Part shown: piece after piece, positions 59,575 to 64,000 of the stretch
Layout of the letters: every line of letters begins with the position of its first letter
Numbering within the stretch: position 1 is the first letter of the stretch
Virus record (IMG/VR): IMGVR_UViG_3300032287_002972
Location: 1-64,000 of that record
Reading direction: 5' to 3' (one strand)
Length of the DNA stretch: 64,000 bases
Source of the DNA: a virus
Program-made: the position numbers and the translations under genes
The notes under the pieces: model-generated
What the model was told of the DNA's origin: nothing
What the model saw: only the letters and a program-made list of their open reading frames with translations
Database searches by the model: none

Positions 59575-60477
59575 TTAGGTATACATTTTAGCTAATGTTT
59601 TTAAAACAGGTAATGATAACATACCCATAAACCCACCCATACCATTAGTTTTTGTTTCTTCTTTATTTGGTGTTAAATCACTCTCATTTGAATTTTGTGC
59701 GATAAATTCACTAAGTTTAGGATTATTAGATATTTCTTCTCTAAAATTTTCGTCTTTTTCTAATCTATCTTCAAAAGAGGTGAAATTTGGTAAACCAAAC
59801 ATTTGTAAAACATTATTTGCCATTATGAATCTTCTAAAAGAATCTCTTCTATCTTGTCTTGATCTAAATTTTAACCACCATTTTTGAATAAAATTACTTG
59901 GTTCCATTCCTCTTTTCGCAATATATTTTGATAATCTTTCACCTTGATAAAATCCTTTAAGACCTGTGCTAAATTTACCTCCTGTTGTTGTACTTTTTAA
60001 TCCTGTTTTAATTGCTGCTAATGGTTTTACTTTTGATAATACATTAGATAAACTACTAAACGCCTCTTTTATTTTACTTCCCCACGATGTATTCACTTTA
60101 CTTATTTGATTAATAGTTTTATTAACTGCTGGATTATTAGTTTTTTCCACAACTTTTTCTAAAGTATTTGTTAATTTTGGGTTTTTAGTTAATGCGTTTA
60201 CTAAATTATCACTATTTTTTAATGATAATTTACTCACACCTTGTAATGATTTAATAAATGGTTTAACTAAAATATCACCTACTGTTGGTATTAAAGCAAT
60301 CAACATTAATGCTGCATATAGTTTTTCACCTTTTTTTAAATAATATAAAATCAATGCAATATCCGCTAGTTCACCTATTACAGGTATGAAACCTGCCGCC
60401 ATTAATATATTTTCTAAAGTAAATAATGCTTCGTTAAGTAACTGTTTTTCCTCTAATAATTGTTGTTTTGTTTTCAT
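59575..60477 (-). CDS. Membrane-associated protein with pre-toxin (PT-TG-like) hairpin
   Basis: AAGFIPVIGELADIALILYYLKKGEKLYAALMLIALIPTVGD; N-terminal LLEE/LNEA. Confidence 0.7.
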   Translation of the reverse strand: MKTKQQLLEEKQLLNEALFTLENILMAAGFIPVIGELADIALILYYLKKGEKLYAALMLIALIPTVGDILVKPFIKSLQGVSKLSLKNSDNLVNALTKNPKLTNTLEKVVEKTNNPAVNKTINQISKVNTSWGSKIKEAFSSLSNVLSKVKPLAAIKTGLKSTTTGGKFSTGLKGFYQGERLSKYIAKRGMEPSNFIQKWWLKFRSRQDRRDSFRRFIMANNVLQMFGLPNFTSFEDRLEKDENFREEISNNPKLSEFIAQNSNESDLTPNKEETKTNGMGGFMGMLSLPVLKTLAKMYT

Positions 60478-60478
60478 A

Positions 60479-61066
60479 TTAATGTATCAATTTACAAAAT
60501 TTTTCAGATAATACTTCTGATATATTTGATTGTCTTATAGCTTCACCAAATAAGTTTCCAGTTAATGTTGTTCCTGCAGATTTTAAATTAAGTCCATAAT
60601 CATTACTATCAATACCAGATATTTTCGACCCTAATTTTCTTACAATTACCTCTAATATTGCGTCTATAAGTTTTGGCATTCCATTATTTGACATACATGA
60701 TTCATGATTTTTAAATGGTCTTAAAAGGTCTAATGGACTGTAATCAGCAAGAAATTGAGCAGCAGTTGTTGAAATATCCGAATTTGCTCCAAAAATTTCT
60801 TTTATAACATATTGAATTATATATTCTCTAACACCAGATAATGTAGAGTTAGTTAATACAGATTTCCAATCAACCTTATCTAATTGTGATTTAATATCAA
60901 TTTCATTAATATCGTAACCTTCGTTTATTAATTTTATTGATATTTCTAATAAACGTTGGTTACGATAAGACTCATCACGAATATCTTTCAATTCATTAAA
61001 ATAATTATCTATTCTTAATTTTCTCTCTTCAAGAATTGTTTCTTTTATTTTTTGTTTTAATTCCAT
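60479..61066 (-). CDS. Hypothetical protein
   Basis: ORF in the same operon; ILEE and INE motifs. Confidence 0.72.
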   Translation of the reverse strand: MELKQKIKETILEERKLRIDNYFNELKDIRDESYRNQRLLEISIKLINEGYDINEIDIKSQLDKVDWKSVLTNSTLSGVREYIIQYVIKEIFGANSDISTTAAQFLADYSPLDLLRPFKNHESCMSNNGMPKLIDAILEVIVRKLGSKISGIDSNDYGLNLKSAGTTLTGNLFGEAIRQSNISEVLSEKFCKLIH

Positions 61067-61078
61067 AATGTTTTTATT

Positions 61079-63025
61079 CTATTCTTCATCATATGAACCT
61101 GTTCTTTTGAATACGATTTTATCACCACGTTTCCAATCTTTTACTGCTTCATTTGGATTTTTTGGTTCAAATCCCCCTCCTTTAAAATATTTAATCAATA
61201 GTTTTTCTTCTTCAGGAGTTAAATCTGGTCCTTTATAAACCCATTTATTTTTTCTTCTCTGTTCTAAATGACCATTTCTTCCTAAATCTTGAAGTAATTT
61301 TTTAGTAGGGTCTGTTGTATCGGTTTTAGTAGGTGTTTGGGTAGTCCCAGGAACTGGTGTTTGTGTAGGTACAGGAACTGGTGTTTGTGTGGTTCCAGGA
61401 ACAGGTGTTTGTGTAGGAACAGGAACTGATGTTGGTTCTGGACTACTACCACAAATTTTCTTAAAATTTTCTTCAGTGACGGCGAATCGTCCACCACCAC
61501 CAGGGAATCTTTCTTTTAGTTCTATATTATTTTTTGTTCCCCAAGATTCAGCAGTTGATTTAGTATTCGGACCTAATTTTCCATCTGCCCCTGACATACT
61601 TAAACATTTTTGTAATTGTGACACTAACGGACCTTTACATCCAAAATATAATGGGAAATTAGGACAATCCTTATACATATCTTTTTTTACTGGTATAATC
61701 TCTTCTTTATTTTTATCATCCCAAGTTATCTCAATACCATCCAATGGGTCACCTGTACTTGTTTCACCACCACCTGTTTTTCCACTTTTTATTTTTCTTA
61801 GTTTATCATACATTTGATTCTTAGCTTGAACCGAACCAGGATTAAAAGTCGCAATGTAATTTAGTGAAGTTTCCAAAGAAGCATCTGCTAAACCAGAATC
61901 GTTATATAGCTGTAAAAATTGTTTACCTTGTCCATTATCTACATATTTCTGTAATAATTTATTGGCTTGTATTAAATCACTTTCAGTAACAGGAAAATCT
62001 AATAGGTCTATCATTATTTCAACATCACCTGTGATGTTACTTGATGATTGTTCGTCGATTGGTTGTACTTTACCACCTTTACATTTCCACGTACCCTTTT
62101 TCTGACCATTATTTGTTAAAACTTTTCCATCGGCGAAAAATAATACACCTTCAGGATATGTTGTGTTTTTAACTTTAACAACTAAACTACCTGATGATAA
62201 TTTTTCAACCCTACCTTGTTTACTATCAAGTATCTTTTTTAAACATGGTGCCCATTCATTATTTGGGTCAATTGGTGGTGTTGTATCCATATCATCAGGT
62301 ACAATATTATCTTGTTTAAAAAGATACCATAATAATAATGTACTAATACCTGCACCTGCAGCATAAGCTAACGCTTTTTTCCAATTTAAATCCTTTATTT
62401 TTTCCCACCAATCCTTATTTGGTGGTGTTGGTTTTTGTGTCGGGATTGGTTTTTGTGTCGGGATTGGTTTTTTACCTTTATTTGCAAAATGTTTTCTAGC
62501 TAATGATTTTGCCGATTGGTCAGAATATTTTAGAACCCCATTTGCGTCTTTTTCTTTTTTCAAAGTGTTAACTAAATCTACTTCAGTACCTATTGATTTA
62601 TATTTATTTGTCCAAACACTATTTTGAACTAATTGGTCAGTTACTGCGTCAATTAATCTTTTACTAGCTTTGGGTGATTTAAGAATTGAAAGTTCAAAGG
62701 CTTTTCTAATTTCTTTTATTTCTGTTGATACAAAAGTACCTAGTTTTGGGTCAACATATTTAAAATCGTTACCTACTAATTTGGCGAAATCATCAACATT
62801 TTTAACACCTTTTGAAGGTAGAAAATTATTTCCGTATGTAAATCTTATATCGCCTTTAACGGTGTCAAATACTGGTTCGATTTCTTTAGCTGTTAATTTT
62901 AGATTACTAAACCACTTTGATTCAGATATTAAAAAATTATCATTTTCATTTACTAACAATTTAGAATTTAAAGATTCAACAAGGTTAATGTATTTTCTTA
63001 TTTCGATAGAATTATTATTTTCCAT
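61079..63025 (-). CDS. TM protein with peptidoglycan-binding-like domain and Pro/Thr linkers
   Basis: TM segment ALAYAAGAGISTLLLWYLF; LYFGCKGPLVSQLQKCL...ADGKLGPNT matches the PG_binding_1 pattern; PVPTQTPVPGTTQT repeats. Confidence 0.72.
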   Translation of the reverse strand: MENNNSIEIRKYINLVESLNSKLLVNENDNFLISESKWFSNLKLTAKEIEPVFDTVKGDIRFTYGNNFLPSKGVKNVDDFAKLVGNDFKYVDPKLGTFVSTEIKEIRKAFELSILKSPKASKRLIDAVTDQLVQNSVWTNKYKSIGTEVDLVNTLKKEKDANGVLKYSDQSAKSLARKHFANKGKKPIPTQKPIPTQKPTPPNKDWWEKIKDLNWKKALAYAAGAGISTLLLWYLFKQDNIVPDDMDTTPPIDPNNEWAPCLKKILDSKQGRVEKLSSGSLVVKVKNTTYPEGVLFFADGKVLTNNGQKKGTWKCKGGKVQPIDEQSSSNITGDVEIMIDLLDFPVTESDLIQANKLLQKYVDNGQGKQFLQLYNDSGLADASLETSLNYIATFNPGSVQAKNQMYDKLRKIKSGKTGGGETSTGDPLDGIEITWDDKNKEEIIPVKKDMYKDCPNFPLYFGCKGPLVSQLQKCLSMSGADGKLGPNTKSTAESWGTKNNIELKERFPGGGGRFAVTEENFKKICGSSPEPTSVPVPTQTPVPGTTQTPVPVPTQTPVPGTTQTPTKTDTTDPTKKLLQDLGRNGHLEQRRKNKWVYKGPDLTPEEEKLLIKYFKGGGFEPKNPNEAVKDWKRGDKIVFKRTGSYDEE

Positions 63026-63054
63026 TTTATTTTATTTTATTTATTTTATTTTTT

Positions 63055-64000
63055 TTATATTTCACTAGGATCATAATCAGGTTGAGTTTCTTTATTACTT
63101 AAAGCACTAATTAAACTATCTTGATATTTTTCTTGTTTATTTTTCCCATAAATACCAAGACCAGCGATTGGTACTACCGTATCTGCCGCCGCGGCTATTT
63201 TTGACCCACCACCAAGTTTTGTAGTTAATTTTCCAGGTGCAGATAAAACATTTAATCCACCTTTAAAAAATGAACTAATTAGATTGATTAGTTTATTTAA
63301 AACCGTTTTTAATCCACCCATAATACCTGATAAAAATTTATAAAACATTGGTGATTTTGTTTTCAAAAAAGACATTGCTTTTTGCATTAATCCAACAACT
63401 TTAGAAGAGGATGATTGTATATTTTTTAAAAACGCAGTTAATTTTTTTGAATTTTTTACTGCTTTAGATAAACCTTCAGATGTTTTACCATACTGATTAA
63501 TTAATCCTGTGATTATATTCTTAGAAACTTTAGCGGATGCACCTGCAATAACCAATCCTAAAATGTCGGTTGCAAAAAATAACAATCTCCATCCTGTTGA
63601 TAATTCTGGATCTTCGTAATCTCCTGTTATAAATTCATATACATCTAATGCAACAACAATTGCCCAAGGTAACATTTTAAAACCAACACCTACACCTGAA
63701 GCTATTAATATTGCGTCAAGTATTATACCAATGGGATGGTATAAAGCACCTCTAATTTTTCTAGCAACATAAAGTGCACCTTTTTTTAATAAATTAACTA
63801 TGTTTTTCCAATCTCCCTCTGAAATTGCTATCCCAAGTTTTTTTAATCCTTCCCAACCTGTTTTTAAAAAATCAGAAACACCTGAAACTGCTGTTGATAT
63901 TGTTTCTTTACCCCAATCTACAATACTTTTACCAATACCTTCTTCTAATATTTCTTTTAAATAAGGTTTTAATACACTCATATTTTGAGTAGATTCAGTA
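63055..64000 (-). CDS. Membrane protein with PT-TG-like motif (probably 5'-truncated by window)
   Basis: ALDVYEFITGDYEDPELSTGWR between hydrophobic helices; the frame stays open from 63981 to the window end. Confidence 0.65.
   Translation of the reverse strand, partial: TESTQNMSVLKPYLKEILEEGIGKSIVDWGKETISTAVSGVSDFLKTGWEGLKKLGIAISEGDWKNIVNLLKKGALYVARKIRGALYHPIGIILDAILIASGVGVGFKMLPWAIVVALDVYEFITGDYEDPELSTGWRLLFFATDILGLVIAGASAKVSKNIITGLINQYGKTSEGLSKAVKNSKKLTAFLKNIQSSSSKVVGLMQKAMSFLKTKSPMFYKFLSGIMGGLKTVLNKLINLISSFFKGGLNVLSAPGKLTTKLGGGSKIAAAADTVVPIAGLGIYGKNKQEKYQDSLISALSNKETQPDYDPSEI

Noticed and set aside
11707-63068. Antisense or alternate-frame ORFs in the track (e.g. 11707, 20189, 20272, 20807, 28190, 41864, 41967, 42015, 61389, 62670)
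   Set aside because: They overlap well-supported genes and are shadows of codon bias or coding repeats.
199-63981. Stop-codon recoding (TAG or TGA)
   Set aside because: Core genes are full length in code 11, and TAG and TGA end genes at sensible positions (e.g. 22677, 34875, 36917, 61079).

Overview
A 64-kb, very AT-rich segment of a large T4-like (myovirus-type) phage genome in the standard genetic code. A Bacteroidota host is likely, from TTTG-N19-TAnnTTTG promoters, the lack of Shine-Dalgarno sites, a DUF4494-like gene and a tmRNA tag starting with Gly. Virion module: tail sheath, gp13/14/15-like neck proteins, gp5-like spike, LamG fibres, major capsid protein, scaffold, prohead protease, portal and large terminase. 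Replication and metabolism genes: family B DNA polymerase, an SNF2 helicase split by a class-3-type intein starting with Gly, dUTPase, PhoH, dCMP deaminase, four glycosyltransferases, a gp55-like sigma factor, Hsp20 and a ClpC-like ATPase. A tmRNA is also present. Main unexplained structure: (1) two separately promoted and terminated ~100-nt RNAs either side of the tmRNA region that are complementary to each other, one carrying an extended SD with no start codon after it and the other resembling the 16S rRNA 3' tail; (2) a TATTTAT(A) late-promoter motif, the reverse complement of T4's, often only 3-6 nt before the ATG, implying leaderless late mRNAs; (3) shared N- and C-terminal (L/I)xE 'address tags' on many unrelated proteins, including a WYL protein, a nucleotidyltransferase and PT-TG-like or peptidoglycan-binding membrane proteins, suggesting a head-packaged injected cargo set; (4) a tmRNA + ClpC + Hsp20 proteostasis module. 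All assignments come from motif recognition by eye; no searches were run.
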